Shown piece by piece: positions 1 to 14,226 of a DNA stretch of 64,000 bases. The translations under genes and the position numbers were made by a program. The DNA is from Cystobasidiomycetes sp. EMM_F5 (lineage: Eukaryota), in NCBI GenBank assembly GCA_051047955.1, contig JBPGPT010000003.1, positions 434,001-498,000 on the forward strand, read 5' to 3'. The stretch's first letter is position 1; each line of letters starts with the position of its first letter. The notes under the pieces are model-generated. The model made no database searches. It had not been told where the DNA came from and saw only the letters and a program-made list of their open reading frames with translations.

Positions 1-150
1 AGGATTTCCATGCAACCAAGTAAAAGCTTAAGCTTGAAGGACAAAATGATTTTACGACTCATGTCGCATATGCCTCCTATATACGTATACGTACGATCCG
101 AAAAAGCTACACTACGTGGTACAAATTTGCGGCCGGGGCTGAAGACATTA

Positions 151-3100
151 CTATCGCAAGTGACCATCAAGGAAAATACGCGATAGAGGGCGAGCCTGCG
201 ATGCTTCTCTTCTTTGCCTGCGCAGCCCAGTTCCGGACCGAAGGTCCCGGAGAGCCTCGTCAAAATCGCCTCTTGCGATTGCCCGTTGGGTTGCCTGTTT
301 TTGCCGTCAACACGACTATAGTTGAGAAGCTTCAACAAATAGCCCACCTTCTGTGACGATGTTGCATTACTGGTAGCACCCTTCTGGCGCTCGTCATGCA
401 CGTCCTCAGCAGCTGCTTGTAGAGCGTCGCCGAACGACGCAATAGTGCGGAAGAGCTCCTCGGAGTCTGTAGTGGTAGCATCCAAGCCAAAATACAGCAA
501 GAGAGACTCGACATCTTGTTCTAGCTGCGCCGTCATCTGCTTAAGGGTCGTGATAGCTGGTTGGGCTTCGTCGAGGAAAGACTGCTGACGCATATTAAGC
601 ACAATCTACAGGCAAAAGACGACAGCTGCACTCACGTGCATCACGATACGGAAGCGATCTTTTGGTTCGAATTTGGACGTAGCCGCCACGGTCACTTCCG
701 TTGCGACATCATCTACAGCTTTGGCCAAAACTGAGACGGACGCTACAAGACCAGGCAGTGATACTGTAATTGCGCTTGATCAGTATACCATCTGTACACG
801 ACGACGTATCACGTACTTCTAGCCGCTGCATGAATGTGCTGACATTCCGTGAGAAAGTATACCGCGTCTGGATAGGATTCCAGGAGCGTTTTAGCAATAA
901 AATGCAGCAGAGTCGGCGTCTTCTTCGAAGCTGATGCTCTTGTAGCACGAGTATCGCGCAGCTGACAGGGGCTGCACGATTCAGCTCTATGCTGCGATCG
1001 GCGCGACAGTATGACCTACTTTTTGCAACGCGTCCAGGTGAAAGCCATTCGCATTGCCTCGGAAGGTTGATGCGTTCATAGCATTACCAACAACCAGCAC
1101 CACCTGTATCGGCATCAGCTGCAGTCGCTGATATTCCCGCTGTCAGCTGACCTCTAAACATCGACGGAAGTTGCCCGACTGTCGGACCTCGTCTGTTGCA
1201 TTCCGTAGTATCGCCAATTCAGGTCGGATCTCTTCCAGGTCCAAATCCAATTTACGACGAGTAAGCATGCATCCTAGCCGTTGAGACAGGCGCGGGATGC
1301 CACAAATCTGTAAAGACGAAAGTGACACAAGATTGAGCTACAATTATAGCAAAACGTCAGCTCCTCACGATAGAGAAGTAATGATCGCTGGAAGTGAGCT
1401 TTGCCAGGTCTCCTGTATAATTTGTGAAGGCTTGGATCTGTAGGAAGTACTGTATGTCACAGGTTGATGCAGCGCAACTCGCTTCAACTCACTTCTTCAG
1501 CAGTAGGCGAATTAGATATGAGCATTTTTAGGCGGTCTTGGGATAGTTTGCGGTCGTCGACTTTTAAAATGGCAGCTTTGATATCATCATTAGACATTCG
1601 CATGCGCGCGAGCATGATTCCTGCAACTCTAGCTTTAGGCGAAATCTGTTATATACGGAACAATTAGATTCACCGATGTTTTGAGCCCTTGAGATCGCCA
1701 ACAAGGAGGACACTTCTGCTTTTTGCGGAGCCATCTTGGACTTCGATGCCGCTAGTTTCGGTGCCGCAAAGTCCATCTCGAGCTCTTCAATGTTCAGCGC
1801 TACGTTATCGAGCTTGAGATTGTTCCATATGGAGTCCGACTGTCCTGCTGGCGGCTGCAATTTTGTCCAGAAGAATGGCTTCATTTTCACCCGAGATGGG
1901 AGCTGGTGACGCCCGGTACTTGTCCCCTGGCTGGTCTTGGCCAGTGATACACTCACACTGCTATTCAATGCGCCATTTGGCTGCGGTCTGACAGGTACGA
2001 TCGGAATAGGTGGAGTGGGTGGACTCGGCAAAAACTGCTCTGACGCAGCAGTCTGTACTACTCTCGTAACTGCTGTACTTTTGGCCGTAGATGTCGATAC
2101 CGACAGTGGGGGCGGTGGTGGTGCGGTTGGAGCTGCCGGGATATTTCTGACTGGCGGAGGCGGTGGTGTCGGTGATGGGGCTGTCGAGACTGGAGATGCT
2201 ACTTGCGGAGAATTGATGAGCACATGCGGATTAGCTTGGCTCTGGGCATGGGATGGCGGAGGTGGAGCGACTGGGACACGTGGAGCAGGTGGAAGAGTGC
2301 GAGGCGGCGGCGGCGGAGGAGGCGGAGGAGGGACAATGGGTGCGACAGACGGTGATGTATTTGGTGCTACGCTACTCACGACGCCGCCCAAACCTGCTGT
2401 ATAGGCTACGTTCGCCGGAGATGCGTTTCTAGAGTCGGAGTCCGGTATAAGAGATCCGGCGAAAGTGAATGCAGTTCGATCTGCATGTTCCGAATTTAAG
2501 ACAGCTGGAGCACTGTGCTCGATGTCTGCCGCTGAGCGTGCAAGCGCAATCTTGATTCTATCCGCTAACAACGTGAAGTCCCCGAAGCTAGGCGATGTAG
2601 CCAGATTACTCATACTCAGGAGGTCTGTGCTGCAAGATCCGTCTGGCACGTTGTTCATCAGGGACGAACTAAGCTCCGTGTATGCAGCACGTAGTGTGGC
2701 GGTGACGTGGTGAAGCTCGACTTTGTGGGCATCTAGCTGTTTCACGTGAGAAGCTGTAGCAAGATTAGCGATCTCTAAATCCCTTGCCAACGAGGAAATG
2801 CGTTCATCTCGCTCTTTCAAGGCTATATTACCACCCTGCGAATCCTATAAGAATCGCATGTACTTCCCATAATCTCTAGATGACTTACTTCTCGTTGCCG
2901 GCGTTCACCGATACTAGCCACAAGCTGATCGTATTCGTTCCGTAGATCGAGCAGATCGTTTTCCTTGCTGACCAAGCTCTGTATCAGGCCAGCGTGCGGT
3001 TTAAGGTCCCCCGAGGCATCGGCTGTTGACCCATCTATACGTATGAGGTCAGACATTACATCGTCTGCCAGATACTTCGGTCTTGATATTGTCCATTCGC

Positions 3101-6066
3101 CTGCATATTTGCAAGATGCAGATAGGAATAGCATCATAGCTGGTTGCCAGTCTGCCTCGAAATCGTTCAGAGTGCCCATCGCGGAGAAGAAGGCAGCCAC
3201 AGTTGCCATCATAGATGCGGCAAATTCGCTGTATTTTGAAGCTCAGGTGAGTCGCATCTTGCCGTTTCTAGGACTTACCTGCTTATCGTGTGACAATGTT
3301 TCAGCACAGTAGCGTATTTCTGCGCCATATGTACAATCTCAGTCGTATCATCAGGGTTGACATCGAAGGAATTTGGCAGTATGTCAGCTGAACCCTCTGA
3401 GGCAAGCGCCTTGATTTGACGAAACGCTGCCAGTTCCTGATCTTCGCGTCGCTCATCAGCGTACAATCGCAATTGTGTGCGCAAAGCTTCTGCTATATCC
3501 ATGTATCCTAGTGTCTGCCACTCAGAAGTCAGCAGAGACATACACCTTTCTAGAAGAGACTCACCGTCATAGCTTCATTGATACCACGACTGGCCAGCTC
3601 GCTTCGTAGCTTCATACGAGTTTCGAGAGCGCTTGGACTGGACACTATGGCATTTACAAGAGCTATTGCAGCCCTTCGATACTCCCACGTGTCTGGATCT
3701 ACATCTCCGTTGAAAGTATGCTCATCATGATCGTTTACAGAAGACAGACTTTGCACGAGCCGTTCGAAGCGAGCGCCTTCCCCAAACCTGATTGCGGATG
3801 CCGACATAGCCGCAAGAACATTTTCATGGCCGATTTCGGGTGATAATACGCACATGGGTGCTAACACCTCCGCGGCTTGATACCGCAGCTTCAAAGATTG
3901 GGCGTATAGGCAAGCGACGACGGCCTTGACTACTTCGGGGTTGCTCACTATTTCCTCAAAGCCTGCCTGATTACGGCGTCAATATTTCATAGCCGTGCTA
4001 AGGCTCAAACTCACTTCGACGTTCAATATCACGCGGAGGCATCGGACGCACTCGGCCTGGACAGTTTCCCTAGACTCAGCTAAAGTACTGTTCCCGTTCC
4101 CTGGACTGTCTAACACAGTCTGCAGAGCTTTGGTACCGGAAAGTGACAGGAATTCGCTCATCCACGACAATTGCGACGTTGAAAGTCGGACACGGAGCGC
4201 TATGAGTGACTTGACCAGTGCAATCTGCGAACTTTTCGTCATCTGGATCTGCTGGATGTAAAAGGCTGGAGTATCCTTTGCAGTATGCGCAGAGGGCGTG
4301 ACATCAGGGCTATCATGCCTGCGAGTGGACAACGGCTTTGCTGGCGAGCCTGCGGAGAACCACGATGCCCAGCCCGTATTGGATTGTAAAAGCGGAGCAG
4401 GGGGAGGCGGAACTAGAGCATTATCTGCACTCTCCGGAATCGAGTCAAGTGATTCACGCTCGCTGTTTTCAAGGGATAGTCTGCTCGAGTCCGAAATCGG
4501 AGCATCAGTACTTGGCCCAGTCCGGACTATACTGCCAAGTGAGAGGCGCTTCAAACCATCAAGAGATCCCGATGCACTTCTAGTCGACGCTCTACGTAAG
4601 GTCGCAGTCGCGGTATCGGCATATCCACCTCTCCACACCGAGGCAGTAGAGGGTCGCGCCTCTGAACGTTGCGAGTGCTGTACGATCGTCCACTGCATCT
4701 TCTCTTGATCAAATGCAAGCATTTGTTCACGTTGAGCTCCTTTGATACCAAGTTCGTCCAACACACTCAAAAACCGGTCGCGTAGGTGATGATCCTCATG
4801 CCTCGACGTTTGACCAGCGTGTAAGTCTCCGAAGTCGTTACCTGACTGCTGTACATTTCCTCCTCCGAACATCGTGCTAACACGGCGATCATCAACTGGT
4901 ACTGGTGCGCTGACCATACGACGTCGTGAAGTTGTGTCGTTATCGCCCTGAGCTGTCGGGGAGCTCCAGAAGAGGCTAGATAGCCGATTCACGGTAGATG
5001 CGGCTGTCGTCGATCCTTTCCGCGGACCAGCTGTTTGCGGGACTTTAACGGTCCGGTCTACGTCGGCTATCACCGTTGTATCTTCTTCATTCTTATTCGT
5101 CGCAGGCACAGCCTCCAATTGGGAGGTGTTGGCGCCGTGATCGGCGTACCATATACTGCCCCAAAGACTGACAGGCCTTATCGCGCTACGGCTGGGTGAA
5201 GTATTCTCTGTACGTTGCGAAATATTCATCACCGGTAGGCGCGGTCTTTGCGTTGCTTTTTTGAGCTTGTTAGCAAGGTTGCCTATACGACCTATCCAGG
5301 CTGTCGAGATCGTCATGCTGAGAGCGTACGGAGGCCCAGCAATAGACAAGGCTTGAAGATGCGGCATGACTTGCGATGACGGATGCAGGAATTGGTTGCT
5401 TGCATTCAATACATACTCTATTCTTGCCGACTTTGACCCGAGGGTGACCACTGTCCATAATCCGTATTCCTCCACAATGGAATTAATTGTATCGGCAGAC
5501 GTCATCTTGCCCGTCACAAAGAGCGGTCGAGTGAAGCCTTCGGGCATGTCTGGAATGCCTTGGAAGTGTATATGTAGCCTGTAAGGCAAGTAGACCAGGC
5601 GCAAAAGCGGTATCTCCATTTGCGTCGATATATCGCGATTAACGAAGCCGTCCGGCCCATCTGCATATGCATCATGTGTACTCTGTGCATGGCTCTCGTC
5701 GAGATATTGTGCGAAAGTCGCATCTGGTGACAGACAAACTGGCGGGGAACACACAAAGAATTAGTTAGACATCAAGATATGCGAGAGTGGGTTAAAAGCA
5801 CCTTGTTGGCTTGCGAGTTGCTGTAACTGAGCATCAGTCCAAACACGGTTTGGTCTGCTGAGAGTGATCCGTTGTAATCCCCAGTTTGCGGGATCTGTAG
5901 CCTGAGGTTCGTCACAGTCGACCGCTTTCACAATGGCAGCTGCATTAGTACCGAGAAGCTGTCGTATCAGTCCAGCGGCCGTCTCGCTGTCGATGTCTAA
6001 CGATAGCGACTGGACCGGACCACTCAGCGACGGCAGAGCAATCTGGACCACCTGCTCGCGAGTCAT
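151..6066 (-). CDS. Formin (GBD/FH3-FH1-FH2-DAD), multi-exon
   Basis: GBD/FH3-like helices (LIALRVRLSTSQLSWMSEFL; RMKLRSELASRGI), polyproline FH1 (~2100-2340), FH2 start MKPFFWTKL and VVLVVGNAMNASTFRGNANGF. The last exon gives a DAD-like GDFDEALRDLRSG..RRQRR ending in TAG at 151-153. Confidence 0.93.
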
Positions 6067-6394
6067 GGAGTTGTCTTAGTTCATCACTGTTCATGTGTAT
6101 GACGCAGTCCGGGAAAGAAGCAAGGGTGTCAGCCATTGCAAAGACCCGCCCTCCTGCCGCTGTGGCCATCATGCACAAGCCTGCGAGAAAGCGTTGCAAG
6201 CCGTTGGAAGTGGCCAACAAAGCAATGATCCGTGAGAAAGAAGCGACAAGGTGAAAGAAGTAGCAGGCAAGAATAACATAGCGACTGCCTTATGTACACA
6301 ACAGCAGGGTATACCAGAAACCTCTCGTACATCGTACTGCACGTCCAAAGCAAGACAGGACGCCGAAAGTTGCTGCTGCACGCGGTGGAGAGAC

Positions 6395-7643
6395 CTAAAT
6401 ACAGCTCAGCTCGAGCGTCCAGATCCGCCTGATATGCACCTTCGTCTTGACGATTTGACCTTCCACAGTCGGCAGGTCTGCATCCATCGCATCCCACCAG
6501 CACTTTCGTGCAGGTTTCCGCCAGAACAGTAATAACTTCTGCGCTGTCGCTAATTGGGTAGAATTGACGTTAACACCAGACGTAGCTTGCGATCTGGAAT
6601 CCGAGTCGACAGCAGAGGCCGTGTTTTCGTCAGCAGAGACGGCAGGATGCGATATGCCAGTTTTCAGAAGCACAAGGGCTATGCTCGTGATGCAACATCT
6701 ACCGGGCTCCATCGACCGATACCCCCATTCATCTTCCCTATCGAACCCGCTGATGGCAGTCGAGCGTGAGTCACGCCGTGTTATAAGCGGATGACAAGAC
6801 GCTCGTACCTCATGCAAAGCATATCAATCAGATGCTGTTCTGCCACATTGTTCTCTCGATTGACGTTGCGCTGAAGCGCTGTAAATATGCTTTGGCGGCC
6901 AAGGAGGTGTTGCCCACATGTCGCCTTTATGCTCATTAGCGCCTCGTTTGCAGTGCCATGCTCGTCGGTCGCGGGCTCTGCATGAGCATAAGTAGTAGAT
7001 TCGCCGGCAATTTTCGGAGGTATAGCGAAATATTCGAGCTCTTCGCGGAGGACTATGATGGCTTGTCTGTGAAAGAGAGGGTTGGACATGCTCGAGGGCG
7101 TCGCCGCTTCCGCTAACTGTCTATGTTGGCGCAAAGCAGACGTTTCGGCGCCGTAGAAATCGACTACCAGGCAGAAACGGTCAGCAGCGACATTTCATCC
7201 TGCGCAAAGAGTCACGCACCTTTCGCCCGCTGAAAGAAGTCCAGTAGATATTGTAGGCATGCTCCATCGAACTGTTGTCGCAATTTATGTCAACAATGTG
7301 AGGAGAATAGATGCTACGCCATTCGTACATCTACATAGTATACGTCGTTGACATCCATCCCTTCGCCTGCCGGTAGCGATATGCCATTCGGAAATAGACA
7401 TCTGAGAATAACATCATCAGTGTCAGCCACCAAATAGCCAGCCAGTCACGCTGCGCGCGAGCCCTGTCACGATGGGCAGCACTGAAGCATGTCCGCCCAC
7501 AAGGTGCGCGTAGCTGGCGCCTGTCTACTGAACTAGAGCTCCTGGCGGACTCACAGCAGCACGCTTTCCGGGAGATTCATCAAGTCTGTCTTATCCAGGT
7601 CAAAGCGCTGTCCGCGCAGATCCAGATATACTCGTTCAGACAT
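6395..7643 (-). CDS. WHI2: Whi2-like growth/stress regulator (BTB-like), spliced
   Basis: LDLRGQRF..LMNLPESVLLCLFPNG, IIVLREELEYF, AEQHLIDMLCMSGF and LLLFWRKPARKCWWD..RRIWTLELS. Confidence 0.88.
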
Positions 7644-7811
7644 ATTGGCAGAGTGTGCCGACAGCGTGAGCTGCGTCAGAATTGGTTGATGGAGTGAAGG
7701 CTGGCCAAGTATGGCTCGGGTGCATGAACGCATTCGATCATATGGCCATACCAGAAACAACATCACTTCTACGAGTGCTAACACTGCTGTGGGTACATTT
7801 GAATTATGTTA

Positions 7812-9928
7812 CTACTTGCTGCCTTCTTGCTGTGAAACCTGAGAAACCTGCTCTGTTTCAGGTGGATTTCCTTTACCCTCTAATTCCGCCGTTTTCTCCA
7901 CATCTAGACCACCTGCAGGCGGTGGTGGGGCGGCCTTCCTCTTGACCAGAGACCACTCGTGGGACTTCCCCCACCCGATCCATCTCTTGTTCTCCTTGAG
8001 AGGCCCTCTGGCAAGGCAGATGATGAGATTCAGGCCGATTAGGCCACACCCGAGACCATAGTACTCGCGTACGCCATATTCCAGATAGACTTTAGAGCAT
8101 AGAGAGGACCCAATGAGCTGGCCGACGAAGAGACTGCAAGCGAAGAAATCAGCAGTTGCAAGTTTTGGCAGGATCAGATATGCTCACAACAGAATGTAGA
8201 TGGAATTCAGGCGGGCGCCGGCTTGCGGCATGGTTGCGTAAATGCGACTCTGATTTGCGACTTGATTTGTTTGCTGCCCGATGTCAAGCAGGATGATCCC
8301 AATCACAATCACTGCGACGTTGGCTTGAGCGCCTCCGAGAAGCAGTATATCTGCTACCAGCAGGATGCATATGCCAACAAATGCAGCGACCCAGGGGACA
8401 AGCCTATCAATCATTTTGCCCACAAGGGGCGCCATGCAAACGGCTACGATGCCGATAACTCCGAATAAGCCAATGACGAGTGTCGAATATCGATATGGTT
8501 CGTCCGTCAGTAAGAATGTCAAGGTGACCCAGAAGCCTATGTAGACGTCTACTTTTAAGTCTCAAAGGCTACGACTGAGATAGGCTTGCTCACCAAGTAG
8601 GTTGGCGGAAGCAATCATTCCCAAAAGACCGCCTTGTACTATTGACCAAATGGACTGTGTCAGTATAGCAACGACTTATGCATGTATCTCCCTTACTCAG
8701 CGTTGGGTTTGTGAACAAGAACTTGACCATGGTGAGATGGATCTTCCAGTACTTGAGGTCAGGCATTTTCGCAGGATAATCGGGCAACGTCCAGTAGAGC
8801 AGAATCCCGGTCACCGCTTGAGCACCAACCGACATCCAGTAGACATCTCTGAAGCTGGTGAACTCTGCTATTACACCCCCAAGTACTCGGGCCACCAACA
8901 AGCCAAGCATCAACCCAGATAGAACAATCGCCATGCTCTGTGCGCGCCGTGACGGTGGCGCAAGATCTGCAGCTAAAGGCATCATGACCTAGAATGCGAG
9001 AGACAGATAGAAAAAGCGAAGCGATCAACATGGAGTACATAGGCGAGCATATATCGCATCTCACCTGCGGTGTCACCGTGAAAACACCCATCAAGAAATT
9101 TACAGCCTGTTGTTCTGCACATCAGCAACGGACACATCTACACAACAGAGCAACGCACCTCGAAGCCAGCGAACGATTTAGTCAATGCCAAAGCAACGGC
9201 GAGCACGGTTGTCAGTACCGTAAGGAGGAGCACGAGCTGCCTTCTTCGCAGCATGTCACCGGCCGGAGCGATGAACAGGAGCCCAGTTGCATATCCAGCT
9301 TGTAGCAGAGTCGGGATCAAAGTAGAGTCGCCATACCTGGAAATAGATAAGGTCAGGCAACCCGGTGTATCACTTTAGTATCACAGCAAGCGTACGTGAC
9401 GCCGAATGACTCCGAATATTGCACGAGTAATGGTTGACAGTAATACAGATTGGCAACCTGAATGATTGCTTAATCAGCAACGATGAAGCCTGATACGGGA
9501 TCGTTCATAGCACACTGTAAAAGTTGCCGCCTGAGGAATTTGTCAGTACGCACGGCCAAGATTCTGGATAATGCCGAAAGACTCACGAATGCGAAGACAT
9601 AATTCAACCACATAGAAAACTTGAATGGACGAGCAGGATCATACTGCCGCCATTGTGGAATCGGGAGAAATCCAAAATCTTTAGTCCGTCTTCTCACAGC
9701 TATGACCGGTGTCTCTTGCTTGTCACCGCCTTGCAGGGTACCGTTGCTTTCCTCTAACCTGGCCTCCGGGTATTTGTCGTTCATATCCTCTGCGGCTTCT
9801 GTGCCGACAAGCATCTTTGGATCATCAACCGCTGCATCCTGTCCGGAGGAGATCATCTGGGAACCAGTCTCATCTGGCTGGCATATTGTCGAAGCAGTAC
9901 TGCTGCCCTGAGGCTCTGCGACAACCAT
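7812..9928 (-). CDS. MFS transporter, multi-exon
   Basis: VANLYYCQPLLV, GYATGLLFIAPAGDMLRRR (motif A-like), many TM helices and ARLNSIYI. Includes a 15-nt exon at 9516-9530. Confidence 0.9.
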
Positions 9929-10166
9929 ACAATCAGGAAAGGGTTGGCGGAACACCGACTTTGACGAAGCGGACTGGGGCAAACGATGCCGACGCCACTC
10001 GGGATGATCGCATCACTGGTAACGTTGATTGAGAAGGAGCTGCATGCTTGCACTGATGATACCTCGACTTCTCTTTAAGGCTGGACTGTTCCTCATTTGA
10101 GATCCTGATGCTGTCATAGTTGAGACTGCGCTTTCCGTCAGCGAAACCCCAAGCGTTGCTGTAGGC

Positions 10167-10585
10167 ATGCAATCACCCCAGCTGGAGGCTGTCGAAGAGC
10201 AGTATGAGTCGGGTCGGTCTCAATGTTTTCGGAAAGATATTGCTGCAGTCTGACGTGAACTTCAACGCAGTCACCGAGATGTATCGGATGTTGACGCGAC
10301 TTTGCGTGGAAAAGTGTTCAAACCCTGCGCCGCAGGAAACCTACATCAAGATACGGGAGGGATTGTGCTTGGACAGGTGGGTCTGCCTGTCTGCGCAGCA
10401 ACTATTCCTCAAGTATGTTGAAATCATCCTCACTTTGCAGATGCGTTGCCAAATTCTTTGCGACGAATGAAGCCATCTCAGAAGTCATGAAGAAGTATCA
10501 GGAGCGGCAGCAATCGCAGGCAGAAGCAACGCAACAAGTGCAGACCGCAACCGCTGGAGGGTTCAAGGGCATGTTTGGATTGTAA
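10167..10585 (+). CDS. TIM10: Small Tim chaperone, Tim10-like (twin CX3C), 3 exons
   Basis: Manual splicing gives MQSPQLEAVEEQYESVTEMYRMLTRLCVEKCSNPAPQETYIKIREGLCLDRCVAKFFATNEAISEVMKKYQ...GMFGL*. The motif is CX3C-X16-CX3C followed by VAKFF. Confidence 0.8.
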
Positions 10586-10781
10586 AAGCCGGGTTGTTGT
10601 TGTAGCTAGCATCCACACGTTTCTCGCTCTCTTCTGGTCAAACCGAGGTTTCGGCTTGGGTCTGCTCGCAACTACCAATCTGTGACATCTGGCATATCTG
10701 TTTCTGAATCTTGAGCATCATCGCTGAGCCATAGCTCACTAGCCAGCTGCCGCCATCGCCGATAACTCGGATCAGAACACA

Positions 10782-11749
10782 ATGCCATCGTCTTCCGTGA
10801 GGATAGAAGAGATTGACAGCGATGGGGATAATTTCGATGTCGACAATATGGATTTTGATCTTCCTTCCGCACCCGCACAGCCATTATTGCGGCCAAGCGG
10901 GTCGGGGACAGCTGGCCAATCATCGTCTTCAGGCGGTGTTCGCAAGCCAACGGGTCTATCAGCACAGCAACAGCAACAGGCCATGTTCAATGCGCTGGGC
11001 GGCGCTTCTGGAGCTGCTGGCCCGTCTTTCTTTCCCAGCTCGTCGACATCGCAGATGGTTCAGGCTCCGGATCCATCAATCTTCAAACACTACCAAGCCA
11101 TCTATCCCATCTACATTGATGCAGCGAGAGCGCATAAGAATGGAGAGCGACGGGTAAACAGATCCAGAGCCATACGACACCCTAAAGCCCAAGAGATGGC
11201 AGAAGTTGCAAGCCGGATACCAGGCATAAAGTCGGTGTTTGAGCCGGAAAAGTCGCATCCTCGAGATTGGGCAAACCCAGGACGAGTTCGAGTACTGTTC
11301 AAGGACAAGTCGGGCAATCTGTTGAACAGGTCCATTCCTGATAGTAGGTTGTTGGCAGGGGACTTGGCATTCACTTCTGCATGCTGAATGCTTCTGGCTG
11401 TGTTTCTTTGGCTTTCTCAGAGCTTACGCTACTCAATACTATTTGCGAGCTGCTGCAACGTAGGCGGACAATGGACCCCCCTGCGAAGGGCATAACGGGG
11501 CGACTGCCCATCTACTCTCCAGCCATATCGTTCGGATCGCTGGACGAAGCAGTCAAGGGAGGTGGTAAGATGAATGAGATGATGAAGGCAATGATGGGAG
11601 GTGGTGGTGGAGCAGGCGCTATTGCAGGAAATGCCGAAGCGGAGGAGGAAGTGAAACGCAAACAGGAGGAGAAAGAGAACGCGGAAAAGCAAAGGCTCGC
11701 AAAGATGAAAGCGCTGCAGAAGCAAGGTCGCAGAGTAGTCAGACGGTGA
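10782..11749 (+). CDS. SEC65: Signal recognition particle subunit SRP19/Sec65
   Basis: IYPIYIDA...RRV...FEPEKSHPRDWANPGRVRV. One intron at ~11345-11418. Confidence 0.92.
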
Positions 11750-11941
11750 TCACCCCTTTTTGCCAGCAGTTACGCGCATGAGTTGTAGATCGCTTCACAG
11801 TTCACCTGTTCTGAGAGCTGTTCTGAACCGATCACGCGCGTCGGGCGTGTTTATTGGCAAACGGCCAGACACAACCACGACCACAACGAATCTCTTGGTG
11901 CGGCTTGGTCTGCATGTAGAGCAAAGCTGCCCATTTTGAAC

Positions 11942-13084
11942 ATGGACTCTCCGCCGCCCGGCCCATCTGGCTGGCACGGTGCTTTACACGATGATCCTCT
12001 GCCACCGTCTGAGCTGGACGCGTTGAATGCTGTCGAAGTAACGCAAGTTCAAACGGAGATTGCGACGGAGCTATACGGGTTCCCACCTATTGCTTTCACT
12101 TCCGGCGTCGTGGATCTCGCGAACGATGTCATTTACAAGATTATCGATGTTTGTGACGAGCAGGTCGCAGAGAGATGGGCAAGTGACGATGCGTCGCAGC
12201 CGGGGGCCAGCGAACGCAAGGAAGCAGTGCAAAAGGTGTGTTTGCATACACTCACGTACCATACGTACAGAGATTGACCAGGGCATCGTGTGCTGCCAGG
12301 GCGTAAACAGGCTCGAAACGCTACTGATGTCTGCAGTGGACATACGCTTTGACCAAGCTGAAGTATGGATGCTTCGCAACACCTTTGGAGTGCCTACAGA
12401 ATTGATACCGTACCTCGTACTTCCTCATCACCCTCCCGACGGCTTTGCAACGTATGCTCGCGAAGGGGAAGATGACGCTACAATGAAGGAAGTGGAGAAG
12501 GAGATCCTGCAGGTCAATGCGTCGAGGGAAGCGGACGCATTACTTATGGTCGTCGAAGAACGACTGGTTCGAAAGAGTTTAGCGCTCAAACAGGTCAAAA
12601 GTGTCTTGTCTGAATTGCTGATTGCGGGAGGGACGCGCGGTATGTCCTTACATCGTCATATAGCACATACTGACAGTCGCTCACGCTGACTTTCTGATTC
12701 AGATACCCTGGCGAACGCTTCACATACTATCGCTTCCGCTCTTCCGGCATATACGGAACATATGAAGACGCTCTTGAACACAGAGTCGACTAGCAATGAG
12801 ACATACAACATCAAAACTGCCTCGCCCGACACATCTGCTCAGCCATGGAAACAATCGCGCGTTGCATACCTCACATGGGTATCGGAACAAGCGCAAAAGC
12901 ACGCTTTGGAGACGTCGAAAGAGTCGCAAGGTGACAGTCGCCTTGATGCTCTGACGCATAGTCTGTCACAGCAAGGAAGCGCAAAAGATACAGAGGTGCG
13001 TCGTGCTTGTTGCTTTGGTATAATACCTGTCAACCGTCGCTCACGTTGTTTGAACAGGCTTTATTGAATCTCACGAGTAGATAA
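11942..13084 (+). CDS. MIS12: Kinetochore protein Mis12/Mtw1, spliced
   Basis: ELYGFPPIAFTSGVVDLAN...GVNRLETLLMSAVDIRFDQAEVWMLRNTF, followed by coiled coil. Confidence 0.85.
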
Positions 13085-13466
13085 AATGTAAGCTGTGTTT
13101 AGCAGGGTCTGGGAGGATGTGTCGCTATAGCTTGCCTGTCGTTGTAGCATTATGGTGTACGAATGAAGCAGGTCGGTTTACGGCAAAAGGTCGAGGCTCG
13201 ATGTGCAAAGAGCATTGGAGAACCTTGCCTAAGTGTAATAGCCTAAATTAGTCAGGCATCTTCGTCGGCAGCCCATAATGCAGAGTAGTCAGAGCTCGAA
13301 GAGTATATATTAGCGGTAGAGCAGACGTTCGGGGTATCTGATAGACTACGATTACGACGATATTAGGGAACTGGAAGGTGGAGATCGCAGATAGTCTGCA
13401 AGGCGATCGATGAGATACGCAACGTGTGGAGGGACGGAATGCTATGCAGGAATAGACGACTGAGTA

Positions 13467-14226
13467 TCAGAGGTGTTTACCGATCTTGTTGGTCCGCTTG
13501 TTCATCTATGGATGACACATTGTCATACAATTCAGTCAGCATGGGTCAGATAGTTGCATGAGCACTGACCTCGGAAGCTTCTGCCAATTTCGCACTTGCT
13601 AGACGTGCTGCCTCTTGAGCTGCTACTGCTTCCCCACGAGCTTCACGTTCGAGTGCTTCAACGTGACGACGTGCTTCCAAAAGACTTGCGCGAGCGAGTT
13701 CGAGTGCCTTTTGTGCTTCGGCCTGGAGATACGATGCGCATTGTGAATGAGAAAGTGTGATTCGATGAGACCGTTCAGTCAGTCGGGGTCTTATTGCCGA
13801 TATGTCAGCAGACACTACGCACCTCTGCTACCTCGGCAAGCCGCACGCGTTCACGTCTGATAAAAAATGTCGAGAGGGAATACTGAGTTCGCTTGCCAAA
13901 ACATTGTGCTGAATGTTCACTCACGCAGAATGCAGATGAGTTGTGCCGCCTAGTGTACCATTGTTGGCTACGGCGTTTCCAGTACTGCCTTGTCGACCAT
14001 GATGGGTGGTCGTGACTGGACTGGTAGTAGCAGCGACAGGTGCCGCGCGCCGATCGTGATGTACGACAGTCTTCTTTCTGCCGAATAGACCGCGCTTCTC
14101 TTCGACTACGGGCGCAGGAGCGGTAGTTGTAGCAGTAGTAGGGGCAGGCTCAGCTATGGGCGCCGTTGACGTCGTCCGAGGGTCGGCTGCGACGGATTGA
14201 GGACGATTGCTCTTGAAGAATCCCAT
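13467..14226 (-). CDS. Hypothetical fungal protein with Ala/Glu/Arg-rich coiled-coil C-terminus
   Basis: MGFFKS.. exon, then spliced RERVRLAEVAEAEAQKALELARASLLEARRHVEALERE...MNKRTNKIGKHL*. Confidence 0.7.

Noticed and set aside
1937..2404. Gly-rich plus-strand ORF (155 aa)
   Set aside because: Antisense shadow of the formin polyproline FH1 region.
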